64,000 nt of DNA from Allosphingosinicella sp. (GCA_049590095.1 JBAWCC010000047.1:1988-65987); one strand, 5' to 3'. Counted from the stretch's first letter, positions 8,700 through 18,430 are shown. Program-made: numbers and translations. Notes: generated from the sequence alone by a model not told the origin.

Positions 8700-11600
8700 T
8701 CGCACTTGCTGCTGACCCTGAGCACCGCCCAGAGGCCGCCGTCGAAGCCCCAGCTGTAGGTGTCGCGAATTTGATAGTCGCCCGCAACCCGGCCGGAACC
8801 GCCGGCACCGTGCGCCAGCAGCAGGTTCCAGTTGCTTCCCGGCCCGACCACGTCTCGGGTGCCCAGATAGGTGCTCAGCAGGTCGGGTCCGAGCTCGGTG
8901 GAGTTGTTGATGAACGGCTGGTCGTCCCAATTGTGGCCGGCCACCTCGATCACATGGTTGCGGCCATGCCCGTTGGGGAACAGCACCCGCATCCGCACCG
9001 GATCGCCGGGAAGGGCGCAGAACCTCGGCGTCTGGTTGCGGCTGTTGATGCCGTTGAAGCTGTCGCTCAGCAGATCGTTCTGGCGCTGGAGCACCGTCTC
9101 CGACCGAGGCATGGCCGCCGAGTGGACCCGGCGCATCCAGCCGGCCTCGCTTCGATAGTTGAACGCCTTGTGGGCGGCGTCGACGGCGTCGACCTCCTCA
9201 TCGCGCACTTCGCACATCGTCTTGATCGCATCGTCGGCGGCGCCGACGCACTGGGCGACCCGGCGGACCGGCTCGTCGAAGTTCGTCGCCGCGAACTTGA
9301 CGGAAGGCGCCAGCCCATCCTGCTGCGGATCGAGCGTCTCCGTTCGAGCACTCCGCGAGCCCGACAGACGCAGGTTGGCGTCATCCTGGCCGACCAGCAC
9401 GAAGTCGCGGAACGGCTTGCGGCTGTTGCTGAAGACGACCGCCGAGGCGCGGGTCGCCAGCGGCACGGTGTCGCTCGAGAACGGCTCGGGCGGGGTCGTG
9501 TCGAAGCCCCAATAGGCATCCGCCGGCTGGATCACGAGCGCTCCGAACAGTCCCTTGCCGCCCTGCTTGATCGGATCGGCCGGCATCAGGTTGAGCGCTC
9601 CGAACTCGACGGGCTGGAATTTCGGCCTGTTGCGGTTCTCCCAGTTCACCACGCCCGCATACCATTCGTAGCGGCGCGACTGCCCCGGCAGGATCGTCTG
9701 GACCGGATTGCGGCCGGCATTGATGCCGTCGTTGGTGCCGACGTGCTTGCGCATGGACTGGGCGTGGATTCCGACCCGCTCGGTGGTGCGAAGCTGGTTG
9801 ATGTTGAAGCTCGGCGAGGGGAGATTGGCGAAGCTGTTCAGGTCGCTCGGCTTCATCGCGTTGGTCAGCATCACGCTCAGGCATTCACCCGCTCGGCCGT
9901 GCAGGATGAGAGGCTCGATCTTGCGATCCTTGCGCAGCTTTCCAGTCATCGGATCCAGATCGATCACCCTCACATACATCAGCCCCGTCGGATCGTGGGC
10001 CGTCTTCCAGGAGTCGCTGGTGCTCAGCGCCGGGTTGGCGAAGACCGTCCCCGGCCGGAAGCGGTGATAGATCAGGGTTCCGTCGGTCAGCACGGACTTC
10101 GCGTCGACCGCCGCGATCCAGTAGTAGCGCACCGGCGCCCTCGGCGCGCACACGGGCAGCGATTGCGGATCGTTCAGGTCGACGAAGCGCGGGAGGTTGG
10201 CCCGGATCTGCTCGAAACGATCCTTCTGCGCGGCGACGTCGTTGAGCGCAGCCGGTGCCGCCGAACGCGCGGCGGTGGCGCTGCGTCCGATCGGAACTCC
10301 GGGCATCCGGGTCGGGTCGTTCAGATAGGAGGCCGCGTCGAGCCGAAGCGCATGCAGGGTCTCGACCATCTCCTCATATTGGGCCTCGAGCACCGCCGAC
10401 GCGTAATAGCCGCTCTGCGAGATCGGCGGAGTGGCCATTCCGGTGGCGGCGGCCGCGCCGGAGCGGAAGTTCGCGGGCTGGGGCGAGGTAGGCGTCCTGG
10501 CGGCGGCGCCCGTCGAGTCGGAAACGGCTTTCGCGGTGGAGAAGGCGCGGTCCTGGTCCGCCGTCTCGTCGCCCGACACGGCGGTTGCGGACACCAGGCC
10601 GACGTCGACCGCCAGGCCGAGCGATCTCGCCTCGCCGACCAGTTGCGCTTCGACCTGCTCGGTATCGGCGATCAGGTTGCGCAGGTAAGTCTCGTCGACC
10701 GCCTCATACTCGGCGGCGATCTCCGCCTGGCCGGCCTGGGCCGTTGCGTCGATCTCGGCTTCAAGTGCATTGACCGAAGCCAGCTCGGCCGCCGACGCCA
10801 GCCGAGCGGCGTCGGCAAGGGTCGCCAGATAGGACGGCCGGGCACCTTCGCGGTAGGTCCGGATCAGTCCCCAATTGCCGTACCACACGTCCTCGATGCT
10901 CGCGCCGATCCGGTAGAGATGGTCGAGCTGGCTGAACTTCGGCTTGGCCCAATTCGTCGGGGCGAGGCTGCTGGGAATGTCGAGCACTCCGTTGAACTCG
11001 AAATGCTCCGAAAGGGCGGTGCCGATGAAGCTCCGGTAGCCTGAATTGGGCTCGTGGGGCGAGTTTCTCCAGGTGAGGCCGTTGATCGTGAAGCTGCGCT
11101 CATGCTCGTGCGCTCCGGCCAGCAGGCGGATCCGGAACGGCTCACGCTCTCCGACCTCGAGCAGCGGCGTGAAGGGATCGTGGGTAAGCATTCCCGGCGA
11201 CGGCAGCGGCCAGGAAGTCCGGCTGACGCCCCCGACCAAAGGATAGCTCGGGATCGGGTTGTTAAGATCGCTGTCGACCCGCGAGATCGAGCGGAAGGCG
11301 TGGGCGAGATCGCCCCGCACGCCGGCCGACGAGGCGAGTTGGCTGGCGTCCCACAGCCGCGGGGGCAGCGGTTCGGAGCGGTAGTTGATGCTCATCTGTC
11401 CGATGTCGTCGGCGGAAACCAGCTCCGGGGCGCACGGGATCGTCCCGGCCGGACAGTCGTCGCCCGGCATCCATTCGTGCTTGACCAGGCGCGGCAGGCT
11501 CGAGCCGGTATAATCGCCGGGGTCGGCGTCGGCGACCTGGTACGGATGGTTGAGTCCGTTGACCTGGACGAAAGATCCGTCGTTCTGCTGCTCGAACCGG

Positions 11601-14600
11601 TCGTCCTTCGAGAAGGCGATGTGGAAATCCTGGAATTCGAGCGCGAACTCGCGGAAATTGTCCTGCTTCCGGTCGCCGACCACCAGCGCCTTCCAGCTGG
11701 TCGGCCCGCCGTCGCGTCGCACGCCGAGCTCGGTTAGCGAGCCGCGGCCGAGATCGTCGAACCAGCGCGTGCGCGAGGGCTCGACGATCAGCCCGGCGTA
11801 AAGCCCGACCTGCTGATGATTGGACGCCCCGAAATGGTCGTGGGTGAACACCGTCTCGAGCGTCTTGTCGAAAGTCTGGCCGCTGGCGAGGTCGCTCGCC
11901 TCCTGGGTGTCGGCATACCAGCGCTGGATGGTCGCCTGGCCGCCGACCCAGGCGCTTTGGCCGGGGAACCAGGGATGCGGCTCGGCGATCGGACACTGCG
12001 GAGTGGCGACTCGCGTATCGCCCGAGCCTCGGGTCGGGCTTCCGCTGCAGCCGTTGGCGGCGCGGATCGCCTTGATCCGTGCGACGACTTCTTCCGCGGC
12101 CGGGGTCCCGTCCTCGTAGTTGAACCCGTTGGCGCCGCCGTCGGACGCCTGGACGTCGAACTTCACCAGATGGATGTGCTGACCGATGATGTCGGTCGGA
12201 ACCTCGAGCTGGAAGGCGTCGCGCTTCATCTTCTTCGGCACCACGTTGGTGTGCTCGACGACGACGCAATTGCCCGAATTGACGCGCATGAACAAAGGCT
12301 GAGGCAGCCGATCGCCGGACAAGGTCGGAAGGATGTCGTCGCGAAACGCGAGAATGCGCGCCTGCGGCGTATGCCATCCCTTTTTGTTGATGATCATGTC
12401 GTACTGGAACGCGCCGATCTGGAAGCGCCGGGTGGTGGTTCCCGTCGCGGGCAAGCAGGGCTCGGCGAACGGAGCACCCTCCACGGGAGCAAGCGAGTTG
12501 GTCAGGAAGGTCGCCGCCGAACCGTCGGAGCGGAAGCTGGCATGGTTCTGAGCGTGGAACTGCATCGCGGATTTCTCGAGCGCAGTGCCGGCTTCGGGCA
12601 GATAGCTGGGCTGGAGAGTGACATATTCCTTGACCATGCTCGGCGGGAAGCTGGCCGGGAAATTCGTCGGGGTGGTGATTCCGCCGACGATGATGTGCCG
12701 CTTGAGACCGCCGTCGATCGGGTTGCCGGAAGCGTCGTGCGCGATGTCCAGCGGCGGCGGCGGCGGCCGGCCGCCCGCTCTGGCGGGAACGTGAAAGGGG
12801 TAACCGGGATAGCGGGTGGGATCGATGCTCCCCGTATTGATCTGGCCGCCCGTGATGGTGACCGGGCCCGGCACAGGCGCCATGACGGCCCCGGGCAGCG
12901 GAACGAGCGCCGGGATCGGCGATCCGCGCTCCATCTCGCCGTCGGGCAAGGCGCGCGCGTTCAGCGCCACCCGGCCGTCGGAGTCGAGCTTGGTGCCGGC
13001 CTCGAACACGTCGTGGACCCGCCACAGCGCCCACATGCCTTGCGCGAAATGCGGATAGAAATGGCAGTGGAAGATCGAATCGCCGGCGGTCCGGTTGCGG
13101 TTGCCGCTGCCGCCATAGGCGATCTCGTAGGTATAGCCGCCGCCCGGGCCGATCGTCTGGCTGTCGAGATAGGGCGAGCGCGGATTTGTCTGGATCTGCA
13201 GCCACTGATGGGCGTGCAGATGGAAGACGTGATGCTCCTTGGGGCCGGCGTGAAGATTGCGGATCACTACGCGGTCGTTGAGGTAGCTATGGTAGACGTT
13301 CGACGGATCGTCGGGGAAATAGGCCTTTTCCGCGGGCTGGTTCTCGAACGGCATGCTCCGGATCTGCATGTTGGCCGGCTTGTCGACCACCATCGCCGGG
13401 TCGCCGACCGCCCAGGACGACAGGAAATATTCCTCCATCTGGCAGTCGACGCAGTCCTTGACCGGGCCGACCTTCTTGCGGTTCGAAAGTACTTCGGCGG
13501 CGATCCCGGCGGTGCCGTAGTTGATCGCGAACCCGTCGCGGCCACTATGCAGCGAGCGGGCGAGCGCGCGCTCGGCGACCGGCGCGTCGTCGGGGGCGTC
13601 GAACTCCTTGAACGCCTGCACCGCGCCCGATTCGTCATGGAATATGACGGTGAACTCGCGGTACGGCTTGGTTCGGTCGCCGCATACCGGGAACGGCTTG
13701 CCGGCGCTGTCGAGGCAGAGGAAATCCTTAGCGATCTCGGCCTTGCTGACGTCGATGATCGCGGTCAGGTCGCTGTGGACCAGCTCGCGGCCCTTCAGCA
13801 TCGCGAACGGCGAGTAATCGGCGAACAGCGGGTGGCCCGCCGGGGACGTGCCGGTCGCCGCCTTCGCCATTTCGGCGCGGCTGGTCTGCGACCGGTACCA
13901 GACCGACCCCTTCGGCTCCACCGTCACGGCGGCGAACAGGCCGGCGTGGATCGCCCCGCCATTGCCGTCCGATCCGATGGTCGCGGCCGGGCTGTAGGCG
14001 AAGAAGGTGCCTTCCTCCTCGGCGATCAGGCGATAGGTGATCGTCTGGTCGGGCGCGACCAGCGACGACGGATTGCCGCCGACATGCTGCGCCATAGCCA
14101 GGATCGAGGCGTCGGGGGCGAGGCCGGTGACGTGAAGCCCGGCCATCCTGTCCTTCGGCTGGTCGCCGCAACCCCCTTCGCCGACCGGCGCGTTGTCCGG
14201 CCTGGGCGGGCAGACCGCATGCTCGGGCTTGGTCGTGACGAACTGGTTGCGGCGGTCTTTGTCCAAAAGGTTGGTGAAGACGATCTCAAGGCAGTCGCCC
14301 TTGTTCACCCGGAGCACCAGCGGGCGCGGGCGCTTCCCCGGCCGAAGCGCGACCTTGCCGGACGACAGGGTCTCGCCGAGGCCCGGCGGGCGGATGCCGT
14401 CGGGCGCCGTCGGGTCGGCGACCCAAAGGTCCTTGGTCAGGGCGAACATCATCCCGTGCGGCTGGACTGCGCCGTAGCGGTTCCAGACCCAGGCCTGATC
14501 GAGCGCGGCAACCCGGGCGACGACGGTGTTCGTGGAATTACATTGCGGTACCGTATCGACCAGCTGCGCTTCCGCAGGTGCGCAAAGCCCTAAGCCGATT

Positions 14601-14635
14601 GCAGCGAGGAAAAACCCGATCAACCAACGCGCCAT
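8696..14635 (-). CDS. giant (1,979 aa) secreted multicopper-oxidase-family protein
   Basis: Sec signal peptide (MARWLIGFFLAAIGLGLCAPAEA/Q). Copper-ligand motifs HVFHLHAHQW, SIFHCHFYPHFAQGMW, GQHIHLVKFD and FTHDHFGASNHQQ. Single uninterrupted ORF; the long opposite-strand and alternate-frame ORFs are shadows. Confidence 0.85.
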   Translation of the reverse strand: MARWLIGFFLAAIGLGLCAPAEAQLVDTVPQCNSTNTVVARVAALDQAWVWNRYGAVQPHGMMFALTKDLWVADPTAPDGIRPPGLGETLSSGKVALRPGKRPRPLVLRVNKGDCLEIVFTNLLDKDRRNQFVTTKPEHAVCPPRPDNAPVGEGGCGDQPKDRMAGLHVTGLAPDASILAMAQHVGGNPSSLVAPDQTITYRLIAEEEGTFFAYSPAATIGSDGNGGAIHAGLFAAVTVEPKGSVWYRSQTSRAEMAKAATGTSPAGHPLFADYSPFAMLKGRELVHSDLTAIIDVSKAEIAKDFLCLDSAGKPFPVCGDRTKPYREFTVIFHDESGAVQAFKEFDAPDDAPVAERALARSLHSGRDGFAINYGTAGIAAEVLSNRKKVGPVKDCVDCQMEEYFLSSWAVGDPAMVVDKPANMQIRSMPFENQPAEKAYFPDDPSNVYHSYLNDRVVIRNLHAGPKEHHVFHLHAHQWLQIQTNPRSPYLDSQTIGPGGGYTYEIAYGGSGNRNRTAGDSIFHCHFYPHFAQGMWALWRVHDVFEAGTKLDSDGRVALNARALPDGEMERGSPIPALVPLPGAVMAPVPGPVTITGGQINTGSIDPTRYPGYPFHVPARAGGRPPPPPLDIAHDASGNPIDGGLKRHIIVGGITTPTNFPASFPPSMVKEYVTLQPSYLPEAGTALEKSAMQFHAQNHASFRSDGSAATFLTNSLAPVEGAPFAEPCLPATGTTTRRFQIGAFQYDMIINKKGWHTPQARILAFRDDILPTLSGDRLPQPLFMRVNSGNCVVVEHTNVVPKKMKRDAFQLEVPTDIIGQHIHLVKFDVQASDGGANGFNYEDGTPAAEEVVARIKAIRAANGCSGSPTRGSGDTRVATPQCPIAEPHPWFPGQSAWVGGQATIQRWYADTQEASDLASGQTFDKTLETVFTHDHFGASNHQQVGLYAGLIVEPSRTRWFDDLGRGSLTELGVRRDGGPTSWKALVVGDRKQDNFREFALEFQDFHIAFSKDDRFEQQNDGSFVQVNGLNHPYQVADADPGDYTGSSLPRLVKHEWMPGDDCPAGTIPCAPELVSADDIGQMSINYRSEPLPPRLWDASQLASSAGVRGDLAHAFRSISRVDSDLNNPIPSYPLVGGVSRTSWPLPSPGMLTHDPFTPLLEVGEREPFRIRLLAGAHEHERSFTINGLTWRNSPHEPNSGYRSFIGTALSEHFEFNGVLDIPSSLAPTNWAKPKFSQLDHLYRIGASIEDVWYGNWGLIRTYREGARPSYLATLADAARLASAAELASVNALEAEIDATAQAGQAEIAAEYEAVDETYLRNLIADTEQVEAQLVGEARSLGLAVDVGLVSATAVSGDETADQDRAFSTAKAVSDSTGAAARTPTSPQPANFRSGAAAATGMATPPISQSGYYASAVLEAQYEEMVETLHALRLDAASYLNDPTRMPGVPIGRSATAARSAAPAALNDVAAQKDRFEQIRANLPRFVDLNDPQSLPVCAPRAPVRYYWIAAVDAKSVLTDGTLIYHRFRPGTVFANPALSTSDSWKTAHDPTGLMYVRVIDLDPMTGKLRKDRKIEPLILHGRAGECLSVMLTNAMKPSDLNSFANLPSPSFNINQLRTTERVGIHAQSMRKHVGTNDGINAGRNPVQTILPGQSRRYEWYAGVVNWENRNRPKFQPVEFGALNLMPADPIKQGGKGLFGALVIQPADAYWGFDTTPPEPFSSDTVPLATRASAVVFSNSRKPFRDFVLVGQDDANLRLSGSRSARTETLDPQQDGLAPSVKFAATNFDEPVRRVAQCVGAADDAIKTMCEVRDEEVDAVDAAHKAFNYRSEAGWMRRVHSAAMPRSETVLQRQNDLLSDSFNGINSRNQTPRFCALPGDPVRMRVLFPNGHGRNHVIEVAGHNWDDQPFINNSTELGPDLLSTYLGTRDVVGPGSNWNLLLAHGAGGSGRVAGDYQIRDTYSWGFDGGLWAVLRVSSKCE

Positions 14636-15410
14636 GAACCTCAGCCCCTATTGAGGATTATATGCGATCGTTACTCAGCACCGGCGCAGCCATTGGCCCC
14701 GCGATTCCACTTATTCTCTACTATATACCTTCAAGCACCACGCTTTTGATGAGTCGATCGAGGATAGACCCTTCCCGACGAATCATTAACTGCATCTATA
14801 TTTGCAGCTATACAGTTAGTCACCACTTTTCAGCGCTGTAGGATAAATTGTGCAATGCTGCTCTTCGCTTTTAACGAAACAGGATTGTTTCGTCTCCGGT
14901 TTCCAGTCGCTAATGCTAGGTGAACCAAAGCCCCGCTATCGCGTCAGCTCCTCTTCACGAACAAGTCGGTCCGGTCTCCTACGTGCGCGTCGGCAGTCAA
15001 GGGGCTGCCAAGTGGATGTGAAGCGATTGCCTCAACAGGAGAGACCTTTCCTACCTTGATATTGGCACGCCTTCCGGCCCGGACGCACAGGCCGGAGTCC
15101 GGCGCGGCACTTTGTCGAGACGGTGCAAAAGGCGCGGCTCCCGCGAAACTTGGCTGAAAGGGCGATCGAAGAGGTGCGCGGCGCCGAAGGCCCGGCTTTC
15201 GACACTTTGGAAAGCCTGCTACAGTTTGCCTTCCCCGGCGCGATCCACGACGCCGTTCGGGCGGCTGCAGCAACTGGAGTGGGAGGCGGCCTAGCTGCGC
15301 GTGGCGGCATGCGATGTTTAGCTGGTTTACGTACTCCGGTCATCGTCCCGTGTGGCAGGACTTTTAGACCGTCTCATAAACTCTCTCTGGAGTTTGGAGC
15401 CAACGAAATC

Positions 15411-15580
15411 AACCACTTAGCTAATGCTTGGCTGGGGCGGCAGGATTCGCAGCCGGTTTTTTCTGAGGCTAAGTTGTTGATTTCGTTGACGCAAAAAACG
15501 CAATTTACGCCGCAGATGTACAGCGAATTGGCACAATTTTTCAAGCCGCTTTTTCACTGCTTTTCGATGGGTCGAAGCGG
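15411..15580 (+). repeat. Copy B of the dispersed intergenic element
   Basis: GGCT..AGCC hairpin plus TTTTTT (15430-15462). Core is ..TTGACGCAAAAAACGCAATTTACGCCGCAGATGTACAGCGAATTGGCACAATTTTTCAAGCCGCTTTTTCACTGCTTTTCGATGGGTCGAAGC. Confidence 0.85.
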
Positions 15581-16242
15581 TCACGAAAGGCCTCCGGCCC
15601 GGGCCTATTCCGCGTCGAAGAGGCCGTTGCGCGTTAGATGGTCAGACAGTCGCGCCAACTCGAGCCACTCCTCAAGGGTGGCCGCATTGTCTGTCTAGCC
15701 GCATATCCGTTCGGCTCGAGCCGCTGAAGGACGGAAGAGCGGAGGCTCTTTCCCGGACGTCCCTCAGGCCATCGCTGAGGGCCGAGATGCTTGACCTTAG
15801 CTTCACGAGGGGGCACCTCCCACAGGGGTCGCCATCTAAACAAATTAGCTACCGCGCCTTGTGCGCAGTCTCGCAGTCGCTGCAAATTTGCTGCAAAGCC
15901 GGAACTGGATTCCAAGCAATAAGCGCGCCGCTCGGTGAGTCGCCGCGTGACGTTACGCGCCGCCTCGGCAGATAGTCACTCATTCGGGTTATTTGTTACG
16001 ACGCATGGCTGTCTCGGCGGATCGTCGCGTGGGTTCGCGAGGGTCGCGGCGTATGAATGAGATCGAGAGGCATGGGCGCGGCCGCGGCGGGGGTCTCGCC
16101 CGCTCTATCTCCTGCAGCTCAACGCCGAGGAATTCGGCCAAGCCAGCCATCGGGATCAGCTTGATCGCGGCACCTCGCGGGTAGTCGCGACGGCAAATAG
16201 CGCTAAAACGTTACCGGCCCGAATCATCCGGTAGGTTGGACA

Positions 16243-17841
16243 ATGCGAAGCCCGCTTGCGATGACGATCCTTGAGCAACTGCCGGAACCGCTCAGGAAAG
16301 AAGTAGCTGCGATAGACTTTCGCCGTTCGCCAATGGGCGTTGCCGACGCCGTGGTCGTTTTCCACCGATGTACTCCAAATATCGATGATTTGCCTCGACT
16401 GCTCTTCGGCTCAAAGGTGTTCGAATCCGTCGTTCGAAAGTCACACGAACTCAAGGTACGGCTACGGGACGAGATTATTACCGATCTGCGGGCCGATATG
16501 GCTCCGGTCGCGCCTGCGGCCGCGGTGCCCACCAAGGTACGCGTTGCCTTTTGCGATCCCAATCTTAATAAAGCCCTTCATGCGGGACATCTTCGCAACA
16601 TTGCGATCGGCCACGCTGCCGCATCACTCTGGCGCTATTCGGGAGCCGCCGTCACCACTCAGAGCGTCGCGTGCGATATCGGCCGCAACATGGCCGAAGC
16701 GCTGGCTGGGCTTGAGCAGTCCGGTATGGCAGAACAAGCATTTGCGGGACGGCTCGACCGCCGTGTCGGCCAGCTCTACGCCGAGTATGTGCAGGCTGCT
16801 GGCGTTGACGAACAGCTCGCGAATCGCGCTGATCAGGTCATTTCACGCGAGCTCCAAGTACATCGGGACGAGGCCGACGATTATCTGACTCGCTGGCGCA
16901 CGGGAGAGCCGCAAGCACGTGCTTTATGGGCCAAGGTCGTCGACCGGATGCTCCGCGAGCAGGCAGAAACGCTGGACCGTCTCGGAGTGGCATTCGATAG
17001 GGTCGTCCTAGAATCAAACGCGCTCACGGGCGAGGCCGCGCTAGTCGACGAGCTCACCCGGCTCCGCATGGCGCGAGCGGAGTCTTCGGGCGCTGTGCTC
17101 ATCGAGACGGGACGGGAGGACTATCCACATTGCCCACTTCGCCGGTCCGATGGGTTTCCAACCGAGCATCTACGCGCGTTGAGCCTCTGGCGCGACCTCG
17201 CGCGGGAAGCGTATGACCTCACCATCCACGTCATGGGCGACGAGTGGCGGACCAGCACGGAGGTGAGGGTAGCTATTCTCGACCGATTGCAGGACACGAA
17301 GTTCGCCAAACGCTACGCCATCGTCACTCACGCACTAGTACGATTTAACTCGTCAACGATGAAATCGAGCAGTGGGAATGTACTGCTGATTGACGACGTG
17401 CTCGATGCGATCAGCCGCCGAGCCGAATCCGCCGACGCATGCGAGAGCGCACGGCCGGGCTGCCGCGGCATCCGCGCCGCGGCGCTGATACCGCTCCTGG
17501 CTATGCCGGCAGATCGGATCATCGACTTGAACGAAGCGACCTTCACCGAGACCGACACGAATCTCGGGTGGCAGCTTGCATGTACCGCCACGCGAGCGGG
17601 CGATGACCGAGCGCCGGGTATCGATCCCCGCTGTCCCGTCGAGCGCTACCTGGCGCTCCAGACGGAAAGGCTGTGCGAAGCAATCCCGCGGGCAGCACGC
17701 GCCAACGACCCGTTTTCCGTGGTGCGGGCATGTCGCCACCTGCTCGAGATCGACAAGCGGTTCGAATTGTCCGCCCGGGCGCAGTTATGGCGCGCAACGC
17801 TCATCGATGAAGGCATGTGCGCACTGGGGATCAAGCGGTAA
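16243..17841 (+). CDS. arginyl-tRNA-synthetase-like class I aaRS paralog (532 aa)
   Basis: HIGH-type motif in an ArgRS-like context (FCDPNLNKALHAGHLRNIAIGHAAAS). KMSKS-equivalent (STMKSSSGNVLLIDDVLD). C-terminal helical region compatible with a DALR-type domain. Shorter than a housekeeping ArgRS and located in an accessory cluster. Confidence 0.65.
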   Translation: MRSPLAMTILEQLPEPLRKEVAAIDFRRSPMGVADAVVVFHRCTPNIDDLPRLLFGSKVFESVVRKSHELKVRLRDEIITDLRADMAPVAPAAAVPTKVRVAFCDPNLNKALHAGHLRNIAIGHAAASLWRYSGAAVTTQSVACDIGRNMAEALAGLEQSGMAEQAFAGRLDRRVGQLYAEYVQAAGVDEQLANRADQVISRELQVHRDEADDYLTRWRTGEPQARALWAKVVDRMLREQAETLDRLGVAFDRVVLESNALTGEAALVDELTRLRMARAESSGAVLIETGREDYPHCPLRRSDGFPTEHLRALSLWRDLAREAYDLTIHVMGDEWRTSTEVRVAILDRLQDTKFAKRYAIVTHALVRFNSSTMKSSSGNVLLIDDVLDAISRRAESADACESARPGCRGIRAAALIPLLAMPADRIIDLNEATFTETDTNLGWQLACTATRAGDDRAPGIDPRCPVERYLALQTERLCEAIPRAARANDPFSVVRACRHLLEIDKRFELSARAQLWRATLIDEGMCALGIKR

Positions 17842-17876
17842 CCGCAGGGTGCCGCGAAGCCGCAGCACCCTGTGGC

Positions 17877-17932
17877 CATTTCCAGGGCATCGTTCCAGGG
17901 CATCATTTCCAGGGCATCATTTCCAGGGCATC
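17877..17932. repeat. four tandem copies of a 13-14 bp unit (ATTTCCAGGGCATC)
   Basis: Read directly: cATTTCCAGGGCATC g-TTCCAGGGCATC ATTTCCAGGGCATC ATTTCCAGGGCATC. Lies between two convergent genes, just after an 8-bp stem-loop (CAGGGTGC..GCACCCTG, 17845-17872). Confidence 0.9.
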
Positions 17933-17968
17933 CAGTATCACGAAAGCGGTCCGATCATGCCGGCGCGA

Positions 17969-18310
17969 TCAACGCGCTGGCACGGCATCGAACTGAGCCA
18001 GCGCGAAAGCAACCTTTGGAGCTGCTTCTGCCGCTGGCGCCGCTTCCCGGGCCAGTGGGTGCGCCGCTGGCACATTGAGGTCGTCCAGATCCCGTAATGG
18101 GACACGTGCTGGAACACCGACTGGTGCCCGCACTGGACTACTCACTGGAACGCCTTTGGCACCCGGTGGCGCGCTTAGTTTTGGCGCCGCCGCTGGCACG
18201 CCCGAAGCTGGAACCGCCAGATTGGCAAATGGTGCAGCAACGGAAGAGAGTCGAGCGCCCGCGAGCGCGAGCGACGACTTGATCTCACGTACAGCAAGAA
18301 CTTTGTCCAT
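17969..18310 (-). CDS. small Pro/Ala/Val-rich protein (113 aa), unknown function
   Basis: ATG 18310 is preceded by a strong GGAGAGGAGGTGA RBS. Loose G-V-P-x-x-x-P repeats (SGVPAAAP, KGVPVSSP, VGVPARVP). No recognisable family. Confidence 0.45.
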   Translation of the reverse strand: MDKVLAVREIKSSLALAGARLSSVAAPFANLAVPASGVPAAAPKLSAPPGAKGVPVSSPVRAPVGVPARVPLRDLDDLNVPAAHPLAREAAPAAEAAPKVAFALAQFDAVPAR

Positions 18311-18375
18311 TCTTATCACCTCCTCTCCATTCCCGGACGGAATTTCGGAGCGCGGCCTTGCGGCCGCGCAAGATA

Positions 18376-18430
18376 TGGCGCACCCGACGGGATTCGAACC
18401 CGCACCTTCCAACTCCCAAAGCTGGAGCTC
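18376..18430 (-). pseudogene. 3' fragment of a tRNA (anticodon loop UUUGGGA, Pro-UGG-like) without a 5' half
   Basis: Reverse complement reads GAGCT-CCAGC-TTTGGGA-GTTGG-AAGGT-GCGGG-TTCGAAT-CCCGT-CGGGTGC-G-CCA. That is an anticodon arm, variable loop, canonical T-arm, 3' acceptor strand and CCA. Upstream there is no matching D-arm or 5' acceptor strand (GCACCCG). Confidence 0.55.

Noticed and set aside
8678-14593. Long ORFs overlapping the multicopper oxidase (8678..11044 +, 11816..14593 +, 11262..13205 -)
   Set aside because: These are opposite-strand or alternate-frame shadows of a 5.9-kb gene with clear copper motifs. Their translations are Arg/Gly/Asp/Pro-rich with no motifs.
15430-15456. 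tRNA/tmRNA 3'-end likeness of the repeat hairpin (GGCAGGATTCGCAGCC)
   Set aside because: The loop deviates from TTCGAAT, no 5-bp T-stem plus 7-nt acceptor plus CCA can be drawn, and the stem is followed by a T-run. A terminator-like hairpin is the simpler reading.
15590-16240. Possible gene remnants between repeat B and the ArgRS paralog (e.g. minus-strand ..NAATLEEWLELARLSDHLTRNGLFDAE*, ..KLIPMAGLAEFLGVELQEIERA..)
   Set aside because: The frames are short and interrupted by stops, with no start or RBS and no recognisable family. They are probably decayed pseudogene debris and cannot be assigned.
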